From Raphidiopsis brookii D9 (GTDB lineage Bacteria; Cyanobacteriota; Cyanobacteriia; Cyanobacteriales; Nostocaceae): a DNA stretch of 32,000 nt. The notes under the pieces were generated by a model. The model searched no databases. It was given only the letters and a program-made list of their open reading frames with translations, and was not told the DNA's origin. Below, in pieces: positions 1 to 9,354 of the stretch. Position 1 is the first letter of the stretch. The number at the start of each line of letters is the position of its first letter. Made by a program: the position numbers and the translations under genes. The stretch covers positions 90,001 to 122,000 of the forward strand of contig ACYB01000038.1 of the NCBI GenBank assembly GCA_000175855.1. Direction: 5' to 3'.

Positions 1-259
1 GGACTTAGTTGTATTGACTGATATTTACAGTGCTGGTGAACCCAGTTGTGAGCAAATTACAGGTGAAAAATTGGCAGCAGAAATTGCCAAGCAACACCCA
101 CAAGTGATTTATCAACCAAGTTTAGCCCTGATTCCTCGGGTTTTATTATCCACCCTACGTCCAGGGGATTTAGCAGTGTTTCTTGGAGCTGGTAATTTAA
201 ATCAGACAATTCCAGAAATTATTAGTGCACTGAGTGAACCGGTCACAGTCACAGTTTAG
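1..259 (+). CDS. murC: UDP-N-acetylmuramate--L-alanine ligase, C-terminal fragment; gene starts upstream of the window
   Basis: Frame is open from base 2 (DLVVLTDIYSAGEP...) through the track ORF at 14; C-terminal motif FLGAGNLNQTIPEI; located directly upstream of murB. Confidence 0.88.
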   Translation, partial: DLVVLTDIYSAGEPSCEQITGEKLAAEIAKQHPQVIYQPSLALIPRVLLSTLRPGDLAVFLGAGNLNQTIPEIISALSEPVTVTV

Positions 260-335
260 GGATGGCTAGATTATACGTATTTTAGCCTAAATATTGCGTT
301 TGAGATGTTAATAAAGCTACCCATTTACATTAACA

Positions 336-1343
336 ATGATAATTTCTGAGTCTTCTGCTAGTCCCCGCACAGTCCCTACTTTGACGGAAAATAAACAAAC
401 AACAGTTAATTCAGATGAAAATCAAATTATTTACTTACCTGGAACTAATTGTGTAATTAAGTCCAACATTTCCCTGTCTGGGTTTACCTCCTACAAAGTG
501 GGAGGAGAAGCCCAGTGGTATAGCGCCCCCCGGGATTTAATGGCTATAAGAGCAACTGTGAAGTATGCCCAGGATCTGGATTTACCCATCACAATATTGG
601 GAGCAGGTTCCAACCTATTAGTGAGTGATGAAGGTATACCAGGAATGGTAATTGCTACCCGTCACTTCCGTCACAAACATTTTGATAACCAAACAGGTCG
701 GTTAACAGTAGCTGCAGGGGAACCCATTCCCAGTTTAGCATGGGAAGCAGCAAGTTTAGGATGGGAAGGACTAGAGTGGTCAGTTGGCATTCCAGGTACT
801 GTAGGTGGTGCTGTTGTGATGAATGCAGGAGCACATAATAAATGTATGGGGGAAATGTTAGTCAGTGCAGAGTTACTATCTCCTGATGGTACTCTAGAAA
901 CTGTGAATAGGTCACAGTTGGGTTACACCTATCGCAGCTCCTTGTTACAAAGAAGTAAGCGTATAGTTACTCAAGCTACTTTTCAACTTCAACCAGGTGC
1001 AGATCCAGCTAAAGTCACTGCTAGAACTAAAGAACACAAGCAGCACCGTCTTTCCACTCAACCTTACAATTTTCCCAGTTGTGGGAGTGTGTTTCGCAAC
1101 CCCCTACCCCAGACTGCGGGATGGTTAATTGAGCAATCTGGATTAAAAGGCTATCAAATTGGTAGGGCCCAAGTCGCCCAACTTCATGCTAACTTTATTG
1201 TTAATCGTGGAGGTGCTAGGGCCAATGATATTTTCCGTCTCATTCGCCATATTCAACATCAAATTCAGGATCAATGGTCAATCTTATTGGAACCAGAGGT
1301 AAAAATGATTGGTCAGTTTCCTGTTTTGGATGGTTATTCTTGA
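336..1343 (+). CDS. murB: UDP-N-acetylmuramate dehydrogenase
   Basis: FTSYKVGGEAQW, ILGAGSNLLVSDEG, WSVGIPGTVGGAVVMNAGAH and SCGSVFRNP...AGWLIEQSG..G motifs typical of MurB. Confidence 0.97.
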   Translation: MIISESSASPRTVPTLTENKQTTVNSDENQIIYLPGTNCVIKSNISLSGFTSYKVGGEAQWYSAPRDLMAIRATVKYAQDLDLPITILGAGSNLLVSDEGIPGMVIATRHFRHKHFDNQTGRLTVAAGEPIPSLAWEAASLGWEGLEWSVGIPGTVGGAVVMNAGAHNKCMGEMLVSAELLSPDGTLETVNRSQLGYTYRSSLLQRSKRIVTQATFQLQPGADPAKVTARTKEHKQHRLSTQPYNFPSCGSVFRNPLPQTAGWLIEQSGLKGYQIGRAQVAQLHANFIVNRGGARANDIFRLIRHIQHQIQDQWSILLEPEVKMIGQFPVLDGYS

Positions 1344-1418
1344 GTTGGTTGAGACTAGGTCAGTGACAACTATAATTAGACTTGATTTTTTATTCGCAGC
1401 ACAACTGGAAAATTTACT

Positions 1419-1748
1419 ATGACAGGATTTGGTTTTGGAAAAGTAAAAGAATTAGCAGACGCTTTTAAGAAAGCTCAGGAGGTGCAACAAGGTGCCAAAC
1501 GTCTCCAAGAGGAATTAGAGCAGATGGAAATTGTGGGCGAGTCTGGTGGTGGACTAATTAAGGTGATTATTAGTGGTAACCAGGAACCTAAAAGGGTAGA
1601 AATATCCCCAAATGCACTTAATGAGGGACCAGACGTGCTTTCTGATCTAGTAACAGCAGCAATGAAGGATGCTTATCTTAAATCTACTCAGACCATGCGG
1701 GAACGCATGGAAGAGCTAACTGGTGGTTTGGAACTACCAGGATTTTAG
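1419..1748 (+). CDS. YbaB/EbfC family nucleoid-associated protein
   Basis: 109 aa, [64 protein letters not shown]; typical YbaB length and pattern. Confidence 0.92.
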   Translation: MTGFGFGKVKELADAFKKAQEVQQGAKRLQEELEQMEIVGESGGGLIKVIISGNQEPKRVEISPNALNEGPDVLSDLVTAAMKDAYLKSTQTMRERMEELTGGLELPGF

Positions 1749-1800
1749 TCAATGACAAGAAACCCTACTTTTATAAAAAGTAGGGGCCATTTGTTTTTTA

Positions 1801-2126
1801 TGGGGGTGGGGGGACTTGAACCCCCACGACTTTCTACAGTCAACGGATTTTCATTCTCTTGCAGCTTTCGCTACTACCTTTGGGGTTTTAAGAATTGGAC
1901 TCTCCCTTTACCCTCGTCTTCACGTTAGGGTAGCTCCCGTCGAGTCTCTGCACCTTCCCAGAAACATTACGTGAGTTTACTGGGCTTGGCTCAGGATTGC
2001 CTTGTCTGTTTGATGAAATCTCATCAGATTTAGGTTTCCCTGAGTTTGAGAGCTTACACTTGAAGGATTTCTCTATCAAGGCTCACTTTTCTAAGTCCGC
2101 AGCGTCTACCATTCCGCCACACCCCC
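1801..2126 (-). tRNA. trnL-UAA: tRNA-Leu(UAA), interrupted by a group I intron
   Basis: Minus strand 5' exon GGGGGTGTGGCGGAATGGTAGACGCTGCGGACTT (2126..2093) and 3' exon AAAATCCGTTGACTGTAGAAAGTCGTGGGGGTTCAAGTCCCCCCACCCCCA (1851..1801). The exons join to the anticodon arm GCGGA CUUAAAA UCCGU, and GGGGGUG pairs with CACCCCC in the acceptor stem. CCA is not encoded. Confidence 0.96.
1852..2092 (-). other. Group I intron in the tRNA-Leu(UAA) anticodon loop (about 241 nt)
   Basis: Inserted between U34 and A35; contains core-like GGTGCAGAGACTCGACGGGAGCTACCCTAACG and GACGAGGGTAAAGGGAGAGTCCAATTC; ends in the expected 3' terminal G. Confidence 0.94.
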
Positions 2127-2249
2127 GCAGGGTTTTTTATGATGTCAAAACATCATCATAACATCATGCTGCTTTTCCTAGACTTTGTCAAGAGGTTGGG
2201 GAAAATTTTTTCGGACTAGGTGAGGTAGTATGGGGCCATAAGCTATATA

Positions 2250-2498
2250 ATGGTGTATGCACTAAATAGATTCTCTCATCCCCAAATTATGCTTTTAGCA
2301 ATACTGTATTTAGCCTTGGCTGGAGCCTACCTGTTAGCCATACCACTGATGGTCATGTTTTATCTCAACTGGCGCTGGTATTCAGCAACTTCTGTGGAAC
2401 GTGGATTTATGTACTTCTTGGTCTTTTTCTTCTTCCCAGGTTTGTTGTTGCTTTCCCCCATTGCCAATTTTCGACCCAGACCCAGACAAATTGTTTAA
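2250..2498 (+). CDS. ndhL: NAD(P)H-quinone oxidoreductase subunit L
   Basis: 82 aa two-helix membrane protein, [66 protein letters not shown], characteristic of cyanobacterial NdhL. Confidence 0.88.
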   Translation: MVYALNRFSHPQIMLLAILYLALAGAYLLAIPLMVMFYLNWRWYSATSVERGFMYFLVFFFFPGLLLLSPIANFRPRPRQIV

Positions 2499-2523
2499 CG
2501 TAAATTGGTAGGTCACAACTCTC

Positions 2524-2829
2524 ATGCGACGTATTGATGCAATTACTATTACCTTAGGGATCTTCTTCATAGGCGGACTGGCTTATGGGGTGCTACAGTT
2601 GATTGGTTTGAATAGTCAAGATGCGGGAATTTGGAGTCAAGTTCTACTGGTGCTAGGTTTAATGGGTTGGTTGGGAACTTATCTATTCCGTGCAGGGAGT
2701 AAAACAATGACCTACCACCAACAGCGGGAAGAGTATGAAAAGGCTTTTCTCCAAAAGCGTCTGGATGAACTCTCCCCGGAAGAGTTAGCCAGAATACAAG
2801 CTAAGATTGATTCCAATGATCAACCCTAA
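2524..2829 (+). CDS. DUF3007-like small membrane protein
   Basis: MRRIDAITITLGIFFIGGLAYGVLQLIGLNSQDAGIWSQVLLVLGLMGWLGTYLFRAGSKTMTYHQQREEYEKAFLQKRLDELSPEELARIQ; typical cyanobacterial conserved protein next to ndhL/trpA. Confidence 0.78.
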   Translation: MRRIDAITITLGIFFIGGLAYGVLQLIGLNSQDAGIWSQVLLVLGLMGWLGTYLFRAGSKTMTYHQQREEYEKAFLQKRLDELSPEELARIQAKIDSNDQP

Positions 2830-2843
2830 CCGATGACTAACTG

Positions 2844-3641
2844 ATGACCTCAATTTCTCGTTGTTTTGAAAATTTAAGACGGAATCAAGAGTGCGCCCTG
2901 ATTCCGTTTATTACTGCTGGTGACCCTGATTTACATACTACAGCTCAGGCTTTAGAAGTGCTAGATTGTGCTGGTGCGGATATTATTGAATTAGGTGTTC
3001 CCTACTCCGATCCCCTGGCAGATGGTCCAGTAATTCAAGCCGCTGCTACCCGTGCAATACAAAAAGGTACCACTTTAGAACAGGTGTTGACAATGCTCAA
3101 GGCTACTACACCTAAATTGAAAGCACCTGTAATATTATTTACATATTATAATCCCATTTTACATCGAGGAATTCCAAAATTTTTAGATGATATTAAATCC
3201 GCTGGTGTGTCAGGTTTGGTAGTTCCAGATTTACCTTTGGAAGAGTCTGCAACCCTTTTAAAACCAGCAAGTGACCAAGAAATTGACCTGACCCTTCTCA
3301 TAGCTCCCACAAGTTCCATGGACAGAATAGAAGCGATCGCCCATGCTTCTCAAGGTTTTATTTATTTGGTAAGTGTTACTGGTGTCACTGGTATGCGATC
3401 GCAAATGGAAAATCGAGTTTCTGAATTACTAGACAAAATCCGCACTGTTACAGATAAACCCATAGGTGTGGGATTTGGTATTTCTGACATAGAACAAGCA
3501 CGTCAAGTAAGAGACTGGGGAGCTGATGCAGCAATTGTAGGTAGTGCGATAGTCAAGCGATTGGCAGAGGGTACACCCGATCAGGGACTAGAAGCGATCG
3601 CCCAATTTTGTCGAAATTTAAAGGAGGCGGTCAAAAATTAA
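2844..3641 (+). CDS. trpA: Tryptophan synthase alpha subunit
   Basis: [59 protein letters not shown] and [31 protein letters not shown]. Confidence 0.97.
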   Translation: MTSISRCFENLRRNQECALIPFITAGDPDLHTTAQALEVLDCAGADIIELGVPYSDPLADGPVIQAAATRAIQKGTTLEQVLTMLKATTPKLKAPVILFTYYNPILHRGIPKFLDDIKSAGVSGLVVPDLPLEESATLLKPASDQEIDLTLLIAPTSSMDRIEAIAHASQGFIYLVSVTGVTGMRSQMENRVSELLDKIRTVTDKPIGVGFGISDIEQARQVRDWGADAAIVGSAIVKRLAEGTPDQGLEAIAQFCRNLKEAVKN

Positions 3642-3809
3642 TCTGATTAATCTTTGCCCACAATTGCTGGTAATTTACTGGTAATTTAAATTAATCTGAT
3701 TTAAAATTAGACGATAAATTTATCTACTGTGAGTGTATCCCAAAAATATGTCATTTACAATACAACTATGGTCTTGGTACTACTTAGTTTTAGTTAAGGG
3801 GTGTGGTGT

Positions 3810-4451
3810 ATGAGTGAGAGTATGGCATTTGTTGGTGGGGTAGCTGTTGCTGGTTTAGCAGCTTTGCTATTACTGAAAGGAAATAGCACTCCCATACAAC
3901 AACCCAACTTTGGTATTTCACAATTACCCAATAACATTGGGCCTTCCCAGGGAATGCCACAGTACCCATCTGGACAGGGAGGATATAGTAACCTCCAACC
4001 AGTAGCACCCTTAGACCAGCGATTAGATTTAGAAAAGTTAAAAATTCAAGTAGACAGTTTAAGAGGCGACAACGAGCAGTTACGCTTACAAAACCAACAG
4101 CTACAGGGTCAAATTAATGCCTTCAGCTTGAGCCAAAACCAAATGAATTCACTACAACAGCAGCCAACCAGAATGATGGCCCCACTGCCTTCTGAAGCGG
4201 AAAAATGGTGGAATTCACCCATAATTTGGGCCGTAGGTGGGGCGACTTTAACAGTGGGAGGTGGCATTGTAGTAGCTGGTGTGTTGTCCTTGTTTTCGCC
4301 TAGACAACGTCCCTCTCGCACTGTGCAGGTAATTCACCCTTATCATGGAGTAACAACACCCCTGGGAACCATGCGACGGGCGGAGTTTTTACCACCCTCT
4401 CACGCTGAAAGCAGAAGGGTAGAAACAGCGGAATACGACGAATTACATTAG
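3810..4451 (+). CDS. Hypothetical membrane protein with central coiled coil (track start at 3801 is GTG; ATG at 3810 preferred)
   Basis: N-terminal hydrophobic FVGGVAVAGLAALLLL, polar Q/N-rich linker, coiled-coil-like LDLEKLKIQVDSLRGDNEQLRLQNQQLQGQINAF, second TM IIWAVGGATLTVGGGIVVAGVLSLF. Confidence 0.65.
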   Translation: MSESMAFVGGVAVAGLAALLLLKGNSTPIQQPNFGISQLPNNIGPSQGMPQYPSGQGGYSNLQPVAPLDQRLDLEKLKIQVDSLRGDNEQLRLQNQQLQGQINAFSLSQNQMNSLQQQPTRMMAPLPSEAEKWWNSPIIWAVGGATLTVGGGIVVAGVLSLFSPRQRPSRTVQVIHPYHGVTTPLGTMRRAEFLPPSHAESRRVETAEYDELH

Positions 4452-4466
4452 AAGTGTAACACAGGG

Positions 4467-6305
4467 TTATCTACTACTGATCGGTTTTGGAGTTGGTATG
4501 GGGTTGTGGGTTTGACCCGGTAAAACCTGTTGGGCAACCTTTTGAGCTGCTTGTTTAAACAATGGTTCTAGTTTATCTTGCCAGTATTTAATATTAGGCA
4601 ACTTTTCTGGTTCGTTGCGATAGGCCAAGACCTTTTCCCATTGTCCGCTGTCAACAGCACGATTAATTTCATTAGCCAAAGTCTCAGCTTTGGCCCAGTC
4701 TTGTTGCCATTGGTCAATTATCTTCAATTGCTGACCATTAGAAGTGGTTTTTTGGGGAGCGGATTTCAGTTGAGCTATTGCTCCCTTCACATCCCCTGAC
4801 TGGAATTTTTGTCGAGCTTGTAGAACGATTGGATCTTGAGACTCTGTATCAGCAGATTGAGACAAGAATGGGGATGGAGGGGTAGTAGGAGATAACTGAG
4901 GTTTAGGCACTATTCGAGATGTAATTAAAGGTAAATCATCAACGATTTGAAGAGAAACACCCTGGTCTCGCAGACAAGAGACCCATTGGTCATTGTTAGT
5001 AATCACATCGGAATGAGCCCAGGCCAAACGACCAGATTTAAGTTTAACTTCTATCCAACCACGCTTAGTTCTTTTTCCGGTAACAATAAACTCACTAGGA
5101 TCACCAATACTCTTTAAAATATTATCAGAACTAATGGCGCTAGGTTGGGAGCGCACATTAGAATTTGGTGCTACCATGGCCAAACAATTTTCTGGAGATG
5201 TGCCATTCTTATCCTTCCAATTAGCAGTCAAGGTTTGAATGTTGGGATATAAATTGCCTACTAAAGCTGCTGCACCACCGACCAAAAATAAACCAATTAC
5301 CAGTGGTAAGAGATCTGGTTTTTGTTCCTGTTTAGGAGCAGATACTAGGGGAGGAGTGTGAACAGGTGCCAAAGCTAAGGTAGGTTGTGGAAACAATGAA
5401 ACAGATTGATTATGGGCTTTTATGGGTAATTTTTTTCCACTGGGTGTGGGAGATAGGGAGTAACCGAAGGATTTAGCATATTCTTTTATAAACTCTCGAC
5501 AAACTTCTAATACTTCTGTTGCCGTTTGATAACGTTCCTTGAAGTGATAACGCACCATTTTGCTGAGAATTTCCCCCAGACGGGAATTGACAGGTCGAAA
5601 ATGTTGCCAGAGAATTTCACCGGTATCCGGATCCTCTGGAAACTGATTAGCAGCTATTCCTGTTAAAGCTTGAATAGCAATGATACCCAAAGCATAAATA
5701 TCACTACTTGGGCGAGGTTTACCCTGTCCTTGCTCAGTAGGCATATAACCAGGAGTGCCAACAATTATAGTGGGATTTAATTGATGTTCTGAAAGAACAG
5801 AAGGACAACGTACTTGTTTGACAGCTCCAAAATCCACAAGCACCAGTTTGTAATCATCCACACGACGAATCAGATTGTCAGGTTTTATATCCCGGTGAAT
5901 CACCCCCTGCTGATGGACAAATTCCAAAACTTCTAAGATTTCCAAGAGGAATTGTATGACTTGGTTTTCACCCCATGGTTGTCCGGGTATAAGTTCCATT
6001 GTCAGGGTATGACCATCAATGTATTCCTGAACCAGGAAAAATTCCTGATTTTCATCAAAATAAGCCAGTAACCGAGGTATTTGATCATGATTACCCAATT
6101 TTTCCAAGGTTTCAGCTTCATTATTAAACAGACGTTTAGCAGTTGTAAAAATATGCTTGTCATTACTAACCAGTTTTAGATGTTTAACAACACAAATAGG
6201 ATTACCAGGTCGCCGAGTATCTTGAGCGATGTAGGTTTGACTAAATCCCCCAGTTGCTAAAACACGCACAACTTTATATCTATGGTCTAGTAGTTTGCCT
6301 ATCAT
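4467..6305 (-). CDS. Serine/threonine protein kinase with single TM helix and SH3-like extracytoplasmic region
   Basis: RYKVVRVLATGGFSQTYIAQD, HQQGVIHRDIKPDNLIRRVDDYKLVLVDFGAVKQV, GTPGYMPTEQ (Hanks-type motifs); TM LLPLVIGLFLVGGAAALVGNLY; NSNVRSQPS...GWIEVKLKSGRLAWAHSDVI resembles a bacterial SH3 domain. Confidence 0.93.
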   Translation of the reverse strand: MIGKLLDHRYKVVRVLATGGFSQTYIAQDTRRPGNPICVVKHLKLVSNDKHIFTTAKRLFNNEAETLEKLGNHDQIPRLLAYFDENQEFFLVQEYIDGHTLTMELIPGQPWGENQVIQFLLEILEVLEFVHQQGVIHRDIKPDNLIRRVDDYKLVLVDFGAVKQVRCPSVLSEHQLNPTIIVGTPGYMPTEQGQGKPRPSSDIYALGIIAIQALTGIAANQFPEDPDTGEILWQHFRPVNSRLGEILSKMVRYHFKERYQTATEVLEVCREFIKEYAKSFGYSLSPTPSGKKLPIKAHNQSVSLFPQPTLALAPVHTPPLVSAPKQEQKPDLLPLVIGLFLVGGAAALVGNLYPNIQTLTANWKDKNGTSPENCLAMVAPNSNVRSQPSAISSDNILKSIGDPSEFIVTGKRTKRGWIEVKLKSGRLAWAHSDVITNNDQWVSCLRDQGVSLQIVDDLPLITSRIVPKPQLSPTTPPSPFLSQSADTESQDPIVLQARQKFQSGDVKGAIAQLKSAPQKTTSNGQQLKIIDQWQQDWAKAETLANEINRAVDSGQWEKVLAYRNEPEKLPNIKYWQDKLEPLFKQAAQKVAQQVLPGQTHNPIPTPKPISSR

Positions 6306-6483
6306 GATTTATTCCCCGGTTCCATACTTAATCTTGTAATTTTGCCTAGTCAATATCTCCAAATTTTCTGTCCTAATATCCGCTATGTTGAGAAAAGATT
6401 TAGACTAAAGTGGCAGTTTTTTCGATTAAACTCAAAAATTGTCAATGCGTAGGTCCTAGTTTTTTGAATTATTTTTAAAAAAA

Positions 6484-6972
6484 ATGCCACCTAATATCCC
6501 CAATTCTACTATATGGCAACAAGCGGAAATTCTCATGCAACCAGCTTTTATCCGCATTGTTGATAATATTCGTAAACATCTAGATATATCCAAGTGGAAA
6601 GGAAGTTACCACGATGTACTGATTTGGCCAGCAGGTACAACGGATGGAACTAAATCTATTGTGATCCAGTTATTGGAGGATTCGAAAAACGCCACAGCGG
6701 AAGATTTACTAGCTATTAAGCAAAAACTGGCTCTTTTACCCATCCCCCATCCGGGATATCATTTGCGTTTGCAATATCAAGAACAGGTGGTGAATATGGA
6801 TTTGTGGGATTTATGTTATCAGGTTTGTTTTGTGGATTATAGTCCTGAAAATGTCCTAGTTGACATTGATACTAATTTATTAGATGAATTTGGGGAGGTA
6901 GATTGGCAATATTTAGAGAGTAAGACCAAGGGGTTAGTGCAAAGAATTTTTGATAACCTAATAGAAAGTTGA
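6484..6972 (+). CDS. Conserved hypothetical protein (162 aa), function unknown
   Basis: Open frame with soluble-protein composition; no motif recognised. Confidence 0.65.
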   Translation: MPPNIPNSTIWQQAEILMQPAFIRIVDNIRKHLDISKWKGSYHDVLIWPAGTTDGTKSIVIQLLEDSKNATAEDLLAIKQKLALLPIPHPGYHLRLQYQEQVVNMDLWDLCYQVCFVDYSPENVLVDIDTNLLDEFGEVDWQYLESKTKGLVQRIFDNLIES

Positions 6973-7218
6973 CTCTCCCCCACGCACAGTGTCCAGGTAG
7001 TGCATTGACTGTTATAGCTTTTTTAGTATCCCTACAGCATAGTCCCAAATACTAATGTAGGGGATATACACATACACAATAGTTCACCGGTTCTCAGCGA
7101 TTTTTTCCATGCTCCGGTTTGGGTAATTAATGACTGGTTCACAATTTGTTTGGTTCAGCTTGCATGAAAATCCCCGTTGTGCATAAAATTACAATGAACC
7201 TAATTGGGAATTTCACAA

Positions 7219-8460
7219 ATGTGGCAAGTAATAAAAGACATAATTGAAAAATTGCAAAGTTGGTGGGGTGGATTGAGAGATCATATTTTCGGGAAAGAAC
7301 CAGATATTATAGATGATGGTGGTGATGGGGACGGAGAGGAATCCGAAACAGGAGGTTCTGGAGAAAAAATTCCAATAATCGACGACTTCGATTATGGCCC
7401 TATTATTGATCGTCTTCCTCCAACAAAGATCTTCCCGAAAGAAATTTTATTTGAGCATCCCAGTGATAAAATTGATTCGCTCCAGAAAAAAGTTTTAGAA
7501 ATTTTATTTTCTCGATTCAACTTATCAGCAAAAGAGGGTGATAATTATGTTGCCTATTTTCCGTCTCGGTTGCTTTCTTATATTAAACAAAAAGATGCCT
7601 TTTTTGCCTTTAGGCAATTTCTTAATGACATCGGCACAACACCCGATGAAGTTTTTAAAAACCGAGAAATAGCAAATTTTGTCAAAGAGGCAATTTTGGG
7701 GCTTTATGAAGCTGATGTCAACCGTTGGGATACTCCCCTTTCTACTGAACCTCTGTATCAAAAACTAAAACAATCCATTAATTGCCATAACTTAGATGAC
7801 TTTATTAACCTGCTAAATAAACTGGAAAAATTTGCCATTCTTGCCCACCAAATAGAAAGATTGATCGGTAAAATTCCCTTTCACGAGTTTGACCAATTTT
7901 CCCAGGAAGTAAAATCTCAATTAAAAGAATGGCATACTATACCGGAAAAAACTGTTAATCAGTGGAAGAATTCACTGAACAAATATGAAAGCCAATCTAC
8001 AAATTACCAAAATCTTTGTAAGCAAATTTCTCAAGATTTTCTGCGAGTAGAATCATTGTCCCTAACATCGGAACAAACTATCGTTATTGAATATTTATTA
8101 AAGGAAGTAGAGCAACTTAAAAAACTACTGCAAGTTGGACCAGTTGAACTCGATGATGGGATAGAACAACTGGAAATTTTAGCCGATGAAATCAAGGGAT
8201 TTGTTGATGAAGTTTCATATCGTCATAGAGAGGCCGAAAGTTCGAGAACAGAAGATGTTCCACCCAAAAATAATAAATTATCCCTGGATGAGGCATTAAT
8301 ACTACTCAGTCTAACCCTAGAAACACTCACACTCCAATCACTCAAAACATCACGCAATAGATATGCCAGAATTCATCACCCTGATATAGGTGGAGATGAA
8401 AAAATGATGAAAAAAATTAATCAGGCCTACGAAATCTTGAAGGAGTACTTAGAAATCTGA
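7219..8460 (+). CDS. Uncharacterised helical protein with a C-terminal J-domain-like module (track start 7204 is TTG; ATG at 7219 preferred)
   Basis: C-terminus TLQSLKTSRNRYARIHHPDIGGDEKMMKKINQAYEILKEYLEI has HPD and the (K/N)xAYE pattern of DnaJ domains; long charged and helical upstream region with an acidic/glycine linker DDGGDGDGEESETGGSG. Confidence 0.82.
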   Translation: MWQVIKDIIEKLQSWWGGLRDHIFGKEPDIIDDGGDGDGEESETGGSGEKIPIIDDFDYGPIIDRLPPTKIFPKEILFEHPSDKIDSLQKKVLEILFSRFNLSAKEGDNYVAYFPSRLLSYIKQKDAFFAFRQFLNDIGTTPDEVFKNREIANFVKEAILGLYEADVNRWDTPLSTEPLYQKLKQSINCHNLDDFINLLNKLEKFAILAHQIERLIGKIPFHEFDQFSQEVKSQLKEWHTIPEKTVNQWKNSLNKYESQSTNYQNLCKQISQDFLRVESLSLTSEQTIVIEYLLKEVEQLKKLLQVGPVELDDGIEQLEILADEIKGFVDEVSYRHREAESSRTEDVPPKNNKLSLDEALILLSLTLETLTLQSLKTSRNRYARIHHPDIGGDEKMMKKINQAYEILKEYLEI

Positions 8461-8594
8461 AGTAAAAATAACTAACCGGATAGATCTTCATTTACGGATC
8501 TTCTTTACAAATCTTAATATACTTTGCTACTAGCAAGTTTTAGGATTGATTAGAATAAAAAAAATACGTATTATTCCCTACTACTTACACCCCA

Positions 8595-9344
8595 ATGCGC
8601 CAGGAACCGATTAAAAATCCTCCGGATCATCTCAAGACTCAGGATCACCAGTCACTGAAACCACAACGCGAACTGAGAAATTATGATGATCTAATCAAAC
8701 AATATGCTAAGCCAACCCGAATTATAGGTCTGGTAGATGCAACGGGTTCAATGAAACCATTGTGGGACAAAACAGTACAGAGTATTCAAGAACTGATCCG
8801 TCGAATCCTGGAAACGGGAAAAATTGAGCTTTCTTGGGTTGCTTACCGAGATTATTGCGATCATCACAGAATTATTGAACAAAGTAATTGGAGCGACTCG
8901 GTTGAATATCTCAAAACCTTTATGGCAAAAATCGTCTGTAATGGTGGTGGAGACTTTCCTGAAGCTGTGGAAAAAGCCTTAGAGGTTGCAATTAATGAGT
9001 CTGAGGTTTCTAGGGTTATCCTCATTGGTGATGCACCTCCTCATGCGGATAAAGATTACCGAAGTAAGGCAATTCAACTAGGGAAACTTAACAGGCCTGT
9101 TTTTAGCTTTGTTGTTGGCAATCACACCGACACGAAAAGAACCTTCGGAGAAATTTCAGATCTTTCGCGTGGAGTTTCTTTTAACCTAGAAAATGAGGAT
9201 GATATTTTGGATTTAATTGCAGTTACTGTTATAGATCAAATTGGGGGTCAAAAGTCTTTAGGTAAATATTTAGATGCTTATGGCTCTAAGTTATCTCCCA
9301 GCGTCAAAAACTTTATTCAACAACTTCCTCCAAGCAAAAAGTAG
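8595..9344 (+). CDS. VWA domain-containing protein
   Basis: MIDAS-like IGLVDATGSMKPLWDKTV, WVAYRDYCD, CNGGGDFPEAVEKALEVA, VSRVILIGDAPPHADKDY. Confidence 0.87.
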   Translation: MRQEPIKNPPDHLKTQDHQSLKPQRELRNYDDLIKQYAKPTRIIGLVDATGSMKPLWDKTVQSIQELIRRILETGKIELSWVAYRDYCDHHRIIEQSNWSDSVEYLKTFMAKIVCNGGGDFPEAVEKALEVAINESEVSRVILIGDAPPHADKDYRSKAIQLGKLNRPVFSFVVGNHTDTKRTFGEISDLSRGVSFNLENEDDILDLIAVTVIDQIGGQKSLGKYLDAYGSKLSPSVKNFIQQLPPSKK

Positions 9345-9354
9345 AAAGCAGATT

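Noticed and set aside
1888-2079. 63-aa minus-strand ORF
   Set aside because: Lies wholly inside the group I intron of tRNA-Leu(UAA); no protein-like features.
2382-2570. 62-aa minus-strand ORF
   Set aside because: Antisense to ndhL and the start of the DUF3007-like gene; shadow ORF.
7525-7761. 78-aa minus-strand ORF inside the cassette
   Set aside because: Fully antisense to the J-domain-like gene with no recognisable features or independent support.
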